Below, one piece after another: positions 1 through 8,096 of a stretch of DNA of 12,905 nucleotides. Below the pieces are notes generated by a model. It had not been told where the DNA came from. It made no database searches and worked only from the letters and a program-made list of their open reading frames with translations. The DNA lies in the NCBI GenBank assembly GCA_041752695.1, contig JBGSVZ010000060.1:1-12905 (forward strand), given 5' to 3'. This DNA is from Terrimicrobiaceae bacterium. GTDB lineage: Bacteria > Verrucomicrobiota > Verrucomicrobiia > Chthoniobacterales > Terrimicrobiaceae. Numbering within the stretch: position 1 is the first letter of the stretch; each line of letters starts with the position of its first letter. The position numbers were made by a program, and so were the translations under genes.

Positions 1-1
1 G

Positions 2-225
2 CCCAAGCCTGCGCCGAAGGCCTCGCCAACGCCAGAGGCCAGCCCTGCGCCGCGGGCCACGCCGCCCTCCGGAGATGATTCCGACAACATTCTTGAACCA
101 GGACGCCCGGGGTCCGGCCGGGAAAAACCCCGCGCGACGCCGGAGCCGAAGGCCACCCCGGAGGCCACCCCCAGCGCTTCTCCTGAGCCCTCCGCGACGC
201 CGGCGCCCACACCGACGGGAAAAAC
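2..225 (+). repeat. Low-complexity coding repeat (xTP/xSP Pro-Ala-Thr-rich linker)
   Basis: Translation includes ASPTPEASPAPRATP and RATPEPKATPEATPSASPEPSATPAPTPT. The DNA contains repeated aggccacccc and gcgacgccgg units. Confidence 0.6.
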
Positions 226-835
226 TCCGGACGGCAACCGCCTGGATGCGCCCATCGTGATTGAAAAATCGGGCCTGCAGGAAGACCAGGGTTTCGAACC
301 CGCCCCAAAAAGTACGGGAGGCTGGTTCAAACGTTGGCGGTATCTGCCGCCTTCGGTGCGGAAGGCCATCGACAAGGCGCCGGTGAAAAAAGGCCGTTGG
401 AAATACATCATCGTGCACAACAGTGGAACCCGGCAGGGCAATGCCCGCATTTTCGACACCTATCATCGTCGCACGCGCAAGATGTCGAACGGGATGGCCT
501 ACCACTTCGTGATCGGGAACGGTTCGTCCTCGGGCGACGGCGAAATCGAGATTGGCGCGCGCTGGACAAAACAAATCAATGGCGGCCATGTGGCCAGCGA
601 CTACCTCAACAACATTGCCATCGGGGTGTGTTTTGTCGGGGACTTCAACCGCGACCGCCCGACTAAGGCGCAGATGGCGGCCCTCGACGAACTTGCCCAA
701 TACCTCCGTGGTCGCGTGGGCAAAATCAAGGGCAAGCCGGCCATCGTGGTGCCCCACAAAAAGATCAACCCTAAGCCGACGGATTGTCCGGGGGACCGGT
801 TCCCGTATTCGTGGCTGAAAGATCGATTTGGCTGA
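2..835 (+). CDS. N-acetylmuramoyl-L-alanine amidase (Amidase_2 / PGRP-like), 5'-truncated, with Pro/Ala/Thr-rich N-terminal linker
   Basis: The frame of ORF 257..835 is open back to base 2 (PKPAPKASPTPEASPAPRATP...), so the true start lies upstream of the window. The C-terminal domain has IIVHNSG, AYHFVIG, GGH, AIGVCFVGDF, PH and TDCPG motifs, matching the His/His/Cys Zn-amidase pattern of T7 lysozyme/PGRP. Confidence 0.88.
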   Translation, partial: PKPAPKASPTPEASPAPRATPPSGDDSDNILEPGRPGSGREKPRATPEPKATPEATPSASPEPSATPAPTPTGKTPDGNRLDAPIVIEKSGLQEDQGFEPAPKSTGGWFKRWRYLPPSVRKAIDKAPVKKGRWKYIIVHNSGTRQGNARIFDTYHRRTRKMSNGMAYHFVIGNGSSSGDGEIEIGARWTKQINGGHVASDYLNNIAIGVCFVGDFNRDRPTKAQMAALDELAQYLRGRVGKIKGKPAIVVPHKKINPKPTDCPGDRFPYSWLKDRFG

Positions 836-836
836 G

Positions 837-1706
837 ATGAAAATCGGGGTGACGGGAGCATCAGGATTTATCGGCGCCCGCGTTTGCGCGCTGGCGGCGG
901 AACGCGGCCATGAGTGTGTTCGTTTCTCGCGTCAGCCTCGCGACGGGGCGCGGCTTTTCGATGCGAAAACACCGCCGGATTTTGCCGGTCTGGACGCGGT
1001 GATTCATCTGGCCGGGGAGTCCATCCTCGGGCTCTGGACGGCAGAAAAAAAGCGCCGGATCATGGAGAGCCGGGTGGAGGGGACGCGTCGGGTGGTGGAA
1101 GCCATGGCGGAGTCTCCGGAGGGACCCCGTGTGTTGATCGGGGCGTCCGCGGTGGGATTTTACGGCGACACGGGCGAGAACCAGGTCGATGAGAATTCCT
1201 CCGTCGGGGCGGGATTTTTGGCCGAAACCTGTCAGCGGTGGGAGGCTGAAACCCAGCGTGCGGAGGCGAGTGGCGTGCGGGTGGCACGGGTGCGGATTGG
1301 GTTTGTCCTGGGTCGCGGGGGAGCGATGAAAATGATCGGCCCGCTTTTCCGTCTCGGTCTGGGGGGGAATCTGGGGAACGGCCGACAGTGGATGAGCGGC
1401 GTGCATGTGGATGATGTGGCGGGAATGTTTCTCTGGGCGGCGGAGAACGCCGCCGTTTCCGGTCCGGTGAATGCCGTGATGCCCGAGCCTTTTCGCAATG
1501 CCCAATTTACCCGGGACGTGGCGAAGTCCCTGCACCGTCCGGCGTTTCTGCCCGCACCGGCCCTGGCCATCCGCCTGGCCCTCGGCGAACTCTCCCACGT
1601 GATGCTCGATAGCTGCCGCGTGGTTCCCCGCCGCGCGCTGGACGGAGGCTACGTTTTCCGGTTTGCCACCCTGCCTGCCGCGCTGCAAGATGTCCTTAAG
1701 AGATGA
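837..1706 (+). CDS. TIGR01777 family oxidoreductase (YfcH-like NAD-dependent epimerase family)
   Basis: ATG at 837, 1 nt after the amidase stop; 289 aa. Motifs VTGASGFIG (Rossmann), IHLAGE, SRVEGT, SAVGFYG, FLAETCQRWE, GNGRQWMS.VHVDD and a C-terminal LHRPAFLPAP...GYVFRF region are typical of this family. Confidence 0.92.
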   Translation: MKIGVTGASGFIGARVCALAAERGHECVRFSRQPRDGARLFDAKTPPDFAGLDAVIHLAGESILGLWTAEKKRRIMESRVEGTRRVVEAMAESPEGPRVLIGASAVGFYGDTGENQVDENSSVGAGFLAETCQRWEAETQRAEASGVRVARVRIGFVLGRGGAMKMIGPLFRLGLGGNLGNGRQWMSGVHVDDVAGMFLWAAENAAVSGPVNAVMPEPFRNAQFTRDVAKSLHRPAFLPAPALAIRLALGELSHVMLDSCRVVPRRALDGGYVFRFATLPAALQDVLKR

Positions 1707-1749
1707 AGGGCATCTGACATCTTCCTTCCGACAGCTTACTTCTTCGACC

Positions 1750-2631
1750 ATGTCCGTTCCACAAAACACTATCGCGCTCATTTACGACTACGATCAGACG
1801 CTCTCGCCGACCTACATGCAGGAGGAGGCGCTCTTCCCGGTCTTCGGCATCAATTCCGAGCAGTTCTGGAAGCGCTGCGGCGAGCTGGTGAAAGATCAAG
1901 GTTACGACAACGAACTCGCCTACATGAAGGTGATGCTCGACTACCTCGAGATGGATCGCCCGACCAACACCGAACTCCGCAAACTGGGCGAGCGGCTGAA
2001 TTTTTACAAAGGCCTGCCGGAGATGTTTGAAGATTTCAAAACCGGCCTCCTTTCCCCCGAGCACGAGGCGTATGGGATCACGGTGGAACATTACATCGTT
2101 TCGTCGGGACTGAAAATTCTGCTCGAAGGCAGCCGGCTGGCTCCCTACGTGAAGGCGATTTTTGGCTGCGAATTTGCCGAGGATTCCCAGGGCCGGATCA
2201 CTTTCCCGCGCCGCGTGATCAGCCACACGCAAAAGACGCAGTTCCTTTTCCGGATCAACAAAGGAATGCTCGATATGAGCGAAGACGTGAATGATCACAT
2301 GGCGTCCGATCTGCGGCCCATCCCTTTCACCAATATGGTCTATGTCGGCGACGGCCCCACCGACGTGCCGTGTTTCACCGTGATGCGGCGCAATGGCGGC
2401 CAGGCCATCGCTGTGTACAACGCCGAGGATCCGACGCGCACGAGTTTCAAAAAGTGTTATCAACTCAGCGTCCATGCTGACCGGGTGAAAAACATCGCAC
2501 CGTCGGATTTTCGTGCCGGCAGCCACCTTCGCCTGCTCCTGGAGGAAATGGTTCAGGAGGTGGCTGATGCCATCGTCCAACGCCGTCGCGACGATCTCGA
2601 AGCCGGCACGGTGAAGGCGCCGAAGTACTGA
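1750..2631 (+). CDS. HAD-superfamily hydrolase
   Basis: Likely start ATG 1750 (the ORF-track start at 1663 overlaps the previous gene); 293 aa. Motif I LIYDYDQT, motif II YIVSSG, motif III K (QKTQ) and motif IV YVGDGPTD. Confidence 0.88.
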   Translation: MSVPQNTIALIYDYDQTLSPTYMQEEALFPVFGINSEQFWKRCGELVKDQGYDNELAYMKVMLDYLEMDRPTNTELRKLGERLNFYKGLPEMFEDFKTGLLSPEHEAYGITVEHYIVSSGLKILLEGSRLAPYVKAIFGCEFAEDSQGRITFPRRVISHTQKTQFLFRINKGMLDMSEDVNDHMASDLRPIPFTNMVYVGDGPTDVPCFTVMRRNGGQAIAVYNAEDPTRTSFKKCYQLSVHADRVKNIAPSDFRAGSHLRLLLEEMVQEVADAIVQRRRDDLEAGTVKAPKY

Positions 2632-2721
2632 GTGTAACGCCCGGGTCTTTTACAGGAGGAACCGGAGGGGCCTGGCGCCCCGCGATTGAACTGTGCGCTC
2701 ACTGGCCGGGCGGAGAGCTAG

Positions 2722-3783
2722 TTATTTCCGTCTCCGCACGGGCCTCGAAAGCGAATCCCTGGCCGGAAGGGTGCGACCCAGTCGGGCACTGCGGGCGGCG
2801 AGATCGAGGACGTGGATGGGGCGGCGGGCCCATTCGCCGGTAATGACGAGCGGTTCGCCTTTGGTGAGGTGGGCGGCAATGTTGTCGTAGAAACGCTGGG
2901 ATTCGGACGGGTAATGTGGACCACGTTCGAGGGTGGTGACGCCATTCTCGATGCGGTGCAGGGTGTATTCGCCAAAATCGATCACGTAGTTTCCCTTGGT
3001 GCCGTGGATCTCCAGGAAGCCGGGGCGTGGGTTGGCATCGAGGTGGGTGATGCTGAGGTTCAACCAGGCGCCGTTTTTGAAACGCAGGATCGCCGCGCCC
3101 TCGTCCTCGTTGGCGTCGTTCTTCCAGGCAGTCTCCGGGGCCCAGAATCCCTCGCTGGAAAACCCGGTGACTTCGGTGACCTCGGAGTCGATCAGCTGAA
3201 AGGCGTATTCCAAAAGATGCACGCCCCAATCGTAGAGGATGCCGCCGGAGATTGAGCGGCTGGTGCGCCACCAATCGCCCGGTTTGCCGCGCCGGCCCAT
3301 GCGGGCGTCGATCCGGAAAACGTCGCCGATGAGCCCTTCGTGTTTGATTTTTTCCACCGCACGCAGGATCCAGCCGTCCCAGTGCCGGTTGTGGTAGGTC
3401 GAGGCCATGAGGCCGCGGGACCTTGCGGCGTCGATGATGGCGTCGCATTCGGCCGTGGTGATGGCGAGGGGTTTTTCGCACACGACGTGTTTGCCCGCTT
3501 TGAGACATAACAGGGCGAGCTTCGCGTGGGTGTTGTGCGGGGTGATGATGGTCACCAGATTGGCGGAGGACTTTTTCAGCATCTCCGTCACGGACGAATA
3601 CGTTTCGATGCCGGGAAAATCCTCCGTCGCCACTTTGAGGCGCTCGGGATCAATTTCTGCGACGGCGGTGGGGGTCATGCCCGCGGCGGTCATTTCCTTC
3701 AAGTGGGCCCGGCCCATGTTGAAGGCGCCGCCGTAGCCAACCACGGCGGCCTTGAGGTCCTGCGAAGCGGGAAGTTTTTTCAT
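2722..3783 (-). CDS. Gfo/Idh/MocA family oxidoreductase
   Basis: 353 aa. Rossmann VVGYGG...G, TPHNTH, GKHVVCEKP, HNRHWD and GGILYDWGVH (DxxxH) motifs. Confidence 0.93.
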   Translation of the reverse strand: MKKLPASQDLKAAVVGYGGAFNMGRAHLKEMTAAGMTPTAVAEIDPERLKVATEDFPGIETYSSVTEMLKKSSANLVTIITPHNTHAKLALLCLKAGKHVVCEKPLAITTAECDAIIDAARSRGLMASTYHNRHWDGWILRAVEKIKHEGLIGDVFRIDARMGRRGKPGDWWRTSRSISGGILYDWGVHLLEYAFQLIDSEVTEVTGFSSEGFWAPETAWKNDANEDEGAAILRFKNGAWLNLSITHLDANPRPGFLEIHGTKGNYVIDFGEYTLHRIENGVTTLERGPHYPSESQRFYDNIAAHLTKGEPLVITGEWARRPIHVLDLAARSARLGRTLPARDSLSRPVRRRK

Positions 3784-3784
3784 C

Positions 3785-4426
3785 TTACAAATCTCCGGCT
3801 GCCCAGCGGATTCCGCGGATGATCATTTCGAGTGCGGCGGGAAATTCGTCGAACTCCTTGGGGTCGTGTCCGAGCGAGGAGTAAAAGACACGGCCCTGGC
3901 CCCAGGTTTTGGTCCAGGCAATGGGCATCACGCAGCGGCGGCCCTCGTAGGTGTAGAGCGAGTCGGCCAGCACCGCGTTGGCGGGATCCACCAGCATGTA
4001 ATATTGCTCGGAGTGATAGGGGAACTCCAACGGCAGGCCCTCGGTGATCGGGCTCTGGAGCGAAGTCAGCCGGACGGTGTAGTCGCCGACATGCGGGTGC
4101 GAAACAAAATGGCCGCCGACCATCCACTCGTAATTGGTATTTCCGCGGAAAGCGTCCCCGGTGCCGCCGTGTGCTCCGGCCAGCGCGACGCCGCCGTGGA
4201 CCGCGGTGGTGAGGTTTTTGGTCTGCTCGGTGGTGAGCGATCCCATCGTCCAATAGGGGATGATGACGTCGTAGCCGCGCAGCACGTCGGCGTCGTCCAG
4301 GCAGGTGAGGGTGTCGGACAGTTCCGCCTTGATGGCGTGACGGGCGAGTTCGGTTTCGAAGCGGCGGGCGATGGTTTCCGGCTGGTGGCCGTCCCATCCG
4401 CCCCAAAAGAGGAGGGCGCGTTTCAT
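3785..4426 (-). CDS. ThuA-like domain protein (class I glutamine amidotransferase-like fold)
   Basis: ATG at 4426; 213 aa. Motifs WGGWDGHQP, WTMG, GAHGG.GDAFR, GGHFVSHP, SEQYY and WGQGRVFYSSLGH. The stop lies 1 nt before the oxidoreductase ATG. Confidence 0.9.
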   Translation of the reverse strand: MKRALLFWGGWDGHQPETIARRFETELARHAIKAELSDTLTCLDDADVLRGYDVIIPYWTMGSLTTEQTKNLTTAVHGGVALAGAHGGTGDAFRGNTNYEWMVGGHFVSHPHVGDYTVRLTSLQSPITEGLPLEFPYHSEQYYMLVDPANAVLADSLYTYEGRRCVMPIAWTKTWGQGRVFYSSLGHDPKEFDEFPAALEMIIRGIRWAAGDL

Positions 4427-4488
4427 GAGAGAAATTGCCACTTTAGAGGTGGACGAATGCTTTTACCATAGAGAGATTTGTCAAAGAT
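4427..4488. promoter_or_regulatory. Divergent promoter region between the ThuA-like operon and the AraC regulator
   Basis: 62-bp AT-richer spacer between divergent ATGs. It has TAnnnT-type hexamers on both strands (TAAAGT on - at 4440-4445; TACCAT on + at 4464-4469) and an imperfect direct repeat at 4427-4440 / 4471-4483. Confidence 0.5.
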
Positions 4489-5316
4489 ATGGAGGAATTT
4501 GTCAGTCACTGGGGCGCATCCGTGCGGCGGTTTCCGTCTCTCTTTGCCCTTCAGACGCTGGGTTATTTGCCTGCCAAAACGAACTGGGTGCGGACGGCGT
4601 TCTCGACCTGCAATTTTTCCTTCATCATCACGGGCCGCGGCCGTTACCTGCGCTCCGGGTTATGGTGGACGGTGGAAGCGCCGGCGGTGATCTGTCAGTG
4701 GCCGGGAGACTATCTGGAATATGGACCGACGGGCGCGGAGGGCACCTGGGAGGAATTGTTTTTGATCTTCCGACCGGAAGCGATGGAGGACTTCCGGCGT
4801 TGCGGGTTCGTCGAGGAAGACCGGCCGTGTTGGAAAATTGCGCAGGAAGAACGGTGGCGCGAAGGGCTGGCGGAGTTTTTGATTCTGGCGCGGAAACAAG
4901 CGGGAGGCCAAGCGGACCGGGTGGATCGTTTCAGCGAGAAGCTCATCCTGGAAAGTTTGTTGAGTGTCCCGCCCGAAGACGGGGAGTCACGGGAGTTGGG
5001 AGTGGTCCTGCGCATCCAGCAAACCCTAAGATCGGACCTGGCGCGGACGCCGGATTTTGCGACAGAGGCCCGGCGGCACGGCCTGTCGGACTCGACCTTC
5101 CGCCGCCGCTGGAGACAGACGGGAGAGCCGCCCCCGGCGCAATTTCTCGCGAGGCTGCGGTTGCAGGAAGCCTGTCGGCGATTGGTGGAAACGGACTTCT
5201 CAGTGGGAGAAATCGCCGCGGCGGTGGGTTTTGAGGATGCCTTGTATTTTTCGCGGAAATTCCGCGACCAGACCGGCATGTCCGCGACCCAATACCGCAG
5301 GGCCTATCGGGCGTGA
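4489..5316 (+). CDS. AraC family transcriptional regulator
   Basis: 275 aa. N-terminal cupin-like ligand region (FIITGRG...PG...YG) and C-terminal double HTH (GLSDSTFRRRW...RLQEACRRL...SVGEIAAAVGFEDALYFSRKFRDQTGMSATQYR). Confidence 0.93.
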   Translation: MEEFVSHWGASVRRFPSLFALQTLGYLPAKTNWVRTAFSTCNFSFIITGRGRYLRSGLWWTVEAPAVICQWPGDYLEYGPTGAEGTWEELFLIFRPEAMEDFRRCGFVEEDRPCWKIAQEERWREGLAEFLILARKQAGGQADRVDRFSEKLILESLLSVPPEDGESRELGVVLRIQQTLRSDLARTPDFATEARRHGLSDSTFRRRWRQTGEPPPAQFLARLRLQEACRRLVETDFSVGEIAAAVGFEDALYFSRKFRDQTGMSATQYRRAYRA

Positions 5317-5322
5317 GCCTCT

Positions 5323-7860
5323 TCACCGCCACTCGTGTTTCGGATATTGGCGGGAAAGCTGTTGCTTGAGTTTCGGATACGACTCGGCCCAGAAGGTTTT
5401 CAGGCTTCGGGTCACCTGGACCGGGCGGTGGTTGGGTGCGAGGACCTGGATGGTGACGGGCACGCGGCCCATGGCGATTTTGAGATCCTCTTCCACGCCA
5501 TAAAGATCCTGGATGCGCGCGCCGAGGACGGGTCCCTGGTCGGTGCCGTAGGTGATCTTGGCGCGGCGTCCGCCGGGGAGTTCGAAGCGTTCGGGCGCGT
5601 GGCGGTCCACGAGGTGTTGCTGGGCGGGTTCGAGGAGCGAGCGGGCGAGGGGAAGGATGGGGCGGTCCTTGATTTCGCGGTAGCTGGTCGCGCCCTCGCA
5701 GGCGAGATGGACAATGTATTCGCGCTCCTCCGGGCCGAGGGCGGGCAGGCCCTGATCGGGTAGCACGCGGGCGAGGAAATTGACGCGTTCGATCCACTGT
5801 TCGGTGGCATCGTCCCAGGCGGTGAGTTTGAGGTCGCCGTCGCGCACGACCTGCGCGAGGCAGATGGTGGCCTCGGCGGAGGGGGTGGCGTCGCGGTCCT
5901 GGGATTCGATCACGAGGTCGCGAAAAACTTTCTCCCGGCGCACGACGACGCGGTTTTGGGTGTTGTCGAAAACGCAGGTGGCCTTCTCCAGGAAATCGTC
6001 CGGGAACATCTCGCGCAGCCACGCTTCCTCGATTTCGGTGGCCTGGGAGAGGAGGACCTGGGCGTCGCCTCCGCGGCCTTCGATTTCGGTGATTTCGGCG
6101 CAGACGATCAGGCGGCTGTTTTGCGCAACGCTGGAGCGGGCGAGCTGGCCGCGGCGGCCGTGCACGATGTCGCAAACCAGAGTGCCCCCGCTGCGACGGC
6201 GGGCGACCTGATCGGCAAAACCGGCGAGGACGCAGCGCGCGATGGATTCCTCGCGGGAGGAGTCGGATTGGATGTCGAGTTTTTCCCCGCGGGCAATGTC
6301 GAGGAACTGCTCGAAAAGTTTTTTCACCTGGCGGGCGGCCTCGGAATGGATGGCAAGCGGACGCAGGGCTTCAAGGCGAAAATCCTGCTGGCGGGCGTAT
6401 TCAAAGACCCGCATCAGCACGAGAAAATCCGAGATGCCGTCGCCGAAAATCTCCGCCCGTTCTTCCTCGACGCGTTTGTCGGTGCGGAGCAGGAGGCCCC
6501 GCGATTGGGTGAGGGCGGCGATGAGGGCGGCGGACCGTACGCAGCCAAGTTCCTCGGCGGCAAGGAACATGCGGGCGTAACGCGGATGCACGGGAAAGCT
6601 CAACATCCGGCGGCCCATGGCGGAGATGCGGCCGGATTGCGCGTCCACCGCGCCGAGGTCGCGCAGGAGTTGTTCGGCGCGGACGAGGGATTTTTCTTCC
6701 GGCGGATCCATCCAGCGGAACGTTGCGAGGTCGTCCACGCCCGCGGCCTTGAGCGAGAGAACGGTTTCGGCCATGTCGAGGCGGCGGATTTCCGGCTGTT
6801 CGTTGGAGGGACGTTGGGCGTGGTCGCGATCGGTCCAAAGCCGCAGGCAGACCCCCGGTGCGGTGCGGCCTGCCCGGCCCGCCCGCTGATCCGCAGAGGC
6901 GCGGCTGATTTTTTCGATGAGCAGAGTGTTGATGCCGCGGTTGGGGTCGTAGCGGGCCACGCGGGCGAGGCCGGCATCCACCACCATGGTCACGCCGTCA
7001 ATGGTGAGCGACGTTTCCGCGACGTTGGTGGAAACGATGATCTTGCGTTGCGACGAAGTGCGGGAAACCGCTTTGTCCTGTTCGGCGGCAGGCAATTCGC
7101 CATGCAGAGGCAGCACGACAAATCCTCCGCGCACGCGGGCGCTGACTTCGCGGATCGTGCGTTGGATTTCGTAGGAGCCCGGCATGAAAACAAGGATGTC
7201 GCCGTCGGTGCGGTCGAGGTTTTCCGTGATGGCCTGCGTGGCGAGTTCCCAGGGAGGATCGTCGCGGGGGTCGCGCGGAAGGTGTTCGATCTCCACGGGA
7301 AAAACCCTGCCTTGGGAGGTCAGGGTCTCGCAGGGAGCGAGGTAGCGCCCGAGTTGTGCGCCGTCCAGCGTGGCCGACATCACGACAATCTTTAGGTCGG
7401 GTCGGGTGCTTTCCTGGAGGTTCAGGGCGCGCGCCAGACTGATGTCTCCGTAAAGGTGGCGTTCGTGAAATTCGTCAAAGATCAGAGTGGAAACGCCGCG
7501 GAGTTGCGGGTCGGCCAGCATTTGGCGCAGGAGAATGCCTTCGGTGACAAAAAGAATCCGGGTGTCGCGGGAGGACACGTTGTCGAGACGGATCTGGTAG
7601 CCGACCTCGCTGCCAAGATTAACGCCACGTTCCTCGGCTACCCGTTTGGCCAGCATGCGGGCGGCGAGGCGGCGGGGCTGGAGGATGATGCAGCGGCCGT
7701 CGCCCAGCGCTCCCCCGTCGAGAAGGACCTGCGGAGTCTGGGTGGATTTTCCCGAGCCGGTCGGTGCCTGAAGGATCAGGCGTCCCCCTGACCGTAGGGT
7801 CGTGACGATTTCTTCGTCGAGTTCGTAAATGGGAAGGGATTCGTTCGCGGGACGGCTCAT
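5323..7860 (-). CDS. hrpB: ATP-dependent RNA helicase HrpB (DEAH/RHA family)
   Basis: 845 aa. Motifs APTGSGKST, QPRRLAAR, VGYQIR, TEGIL, DEFHER, MSAT, LHGEL, STNVAETSLTI, QRAGRAGR, HPRYARM, and the HrpB-type C-terminus LAPNHRPVQVT..L..FW..SYP...YPKHEWR. Confidence 0.93.
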   Translation of the reverse strand: MSRPANESLPIYELDEEIVTTLRSGGRLILQAPTGSGKSTQTPQVLLDGGALGDGRCIILQPRRLAARMLAKRVAEERGVNLGSEVGYQIRLDNVSSRDTRILFVTEGILLRQMLADPQLRGVSTLIFDEFHERHLYGDISLARALNLQESTRPDLKIVVMSATLDGAQLGRYLAPCETLTSQGRVFPVEIEHLPRDPRDDPPWELATQAITENLDRTDGDILVFMPGSYEIQRTIREVSARVRGGFVVLPLHGELPAAEQDKAVSRTSSQRKIIVSTNVAETSLTIDGVTMVVDAGLARVARYDPNRGINTLLIEKISRASADQRAGRAGRTAPGVCLRLWTDRDHAQRPSNEQPEIRRLDMAETVLSLKAAGVDDLATFRWMDPPEEKSLVRAEQLLRDLGAVDAQSGRISAMGRRMLSFPVHPRYARMFLAAEELGCVRSAALIAALTQSRGLLLRTDKRVEEERAEIFGDGISDFLVLMRVFEYARQQDFRLEALRPLAIHSEAARQVKKLFEQFLDIARGEKLDIQSDSSREESIARCVLAGFADQVARRRSGGTLVCDIVHGRRGQLARSSVAQNSRLIVCAEITEIEGRGGDAQVLLSQATEIEEAWLREMFPDDFLEKATCVFDNTQNRVVVRREKVFRDLVIESQDRDATPSAEATICLAQVVRDGDLKLTAWDDATEQWIERVNFLARVLPDQGLPALGPEEREYIVHLACEGATSYREIKDRPILPLARSLLEPAQQHLVDRHAPERFELPGGRRAKITYGTDQGPVLGARIQDLYGVEEDLKIAMGRVPVTIQVLAPNHRPVQVTRSLKTFWAESYPKLKQQLSRQYPKHEWR

Positions 7861-8096
7861 GGGATCCCCCAGCTCATACTCGTCCTTGGCGACGTTCTCA
7901 CCGATTTTCTTTGGGGAAGTCTCTCGGCGATGGATCTCCAGCGATGAGGTCGATCGAATGCACGCCGCAGGGACCGGTGGACGATCTGCCCGCTCTTCTT
8001 GACGTCTCCCTCTTTTGAGTGCCGGTCACCCTAGTGCGTTCATCCGGCCGCGAAAGTCGCTCGCCAAACCCCCGAAGAATGGTATTAGCTGCATGC

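Noticed and set aside
75..260. 61-aa Arg/Pro-rich ORF
   Set aside because: Alternate frame of the amidase's Pro/Ala/Thr-rich linker.
257..835. Amidase as a prophage endolysin
   Set aside because: No holin, structural or integrase genes in the window, and it sits on a Pro-rich linker in a housekeeping-like operon.
861..2580. Minus-strand ORFs 861..1781 and 1696..2580 (~300 aa each)
   Set aside because: Antisense to the well-supported TIGR01777 and HAD genes, with typical shadow composition.
2632..2721. Possible bidirectional terminator or small RNA between the convergent HAD and oxidoreductase genes
   Set aside because: Only short stems (ggggc/gcccc, cgcccgg/ccgggcg) without an adjacent U-tract, which are expected by chance at this GC content; no tRNA-like features.
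5956..7395. Long + strand ORF (479 aa), plus overlapping ORF 4943..6175 (410 aa, - strand)
   Set aside because: Antisense or alternate-frame shadows of hrpB expected at high GC; no recognisable motifs.
1750..7860. HAD hydrolase plus helicase as a possible anti-phage defence system
   Set aside because: The helicase is a canonical HrpB on the opposite strand, separated by a catabolic cassette. No nuclease, methylase or mobile-element context is present.
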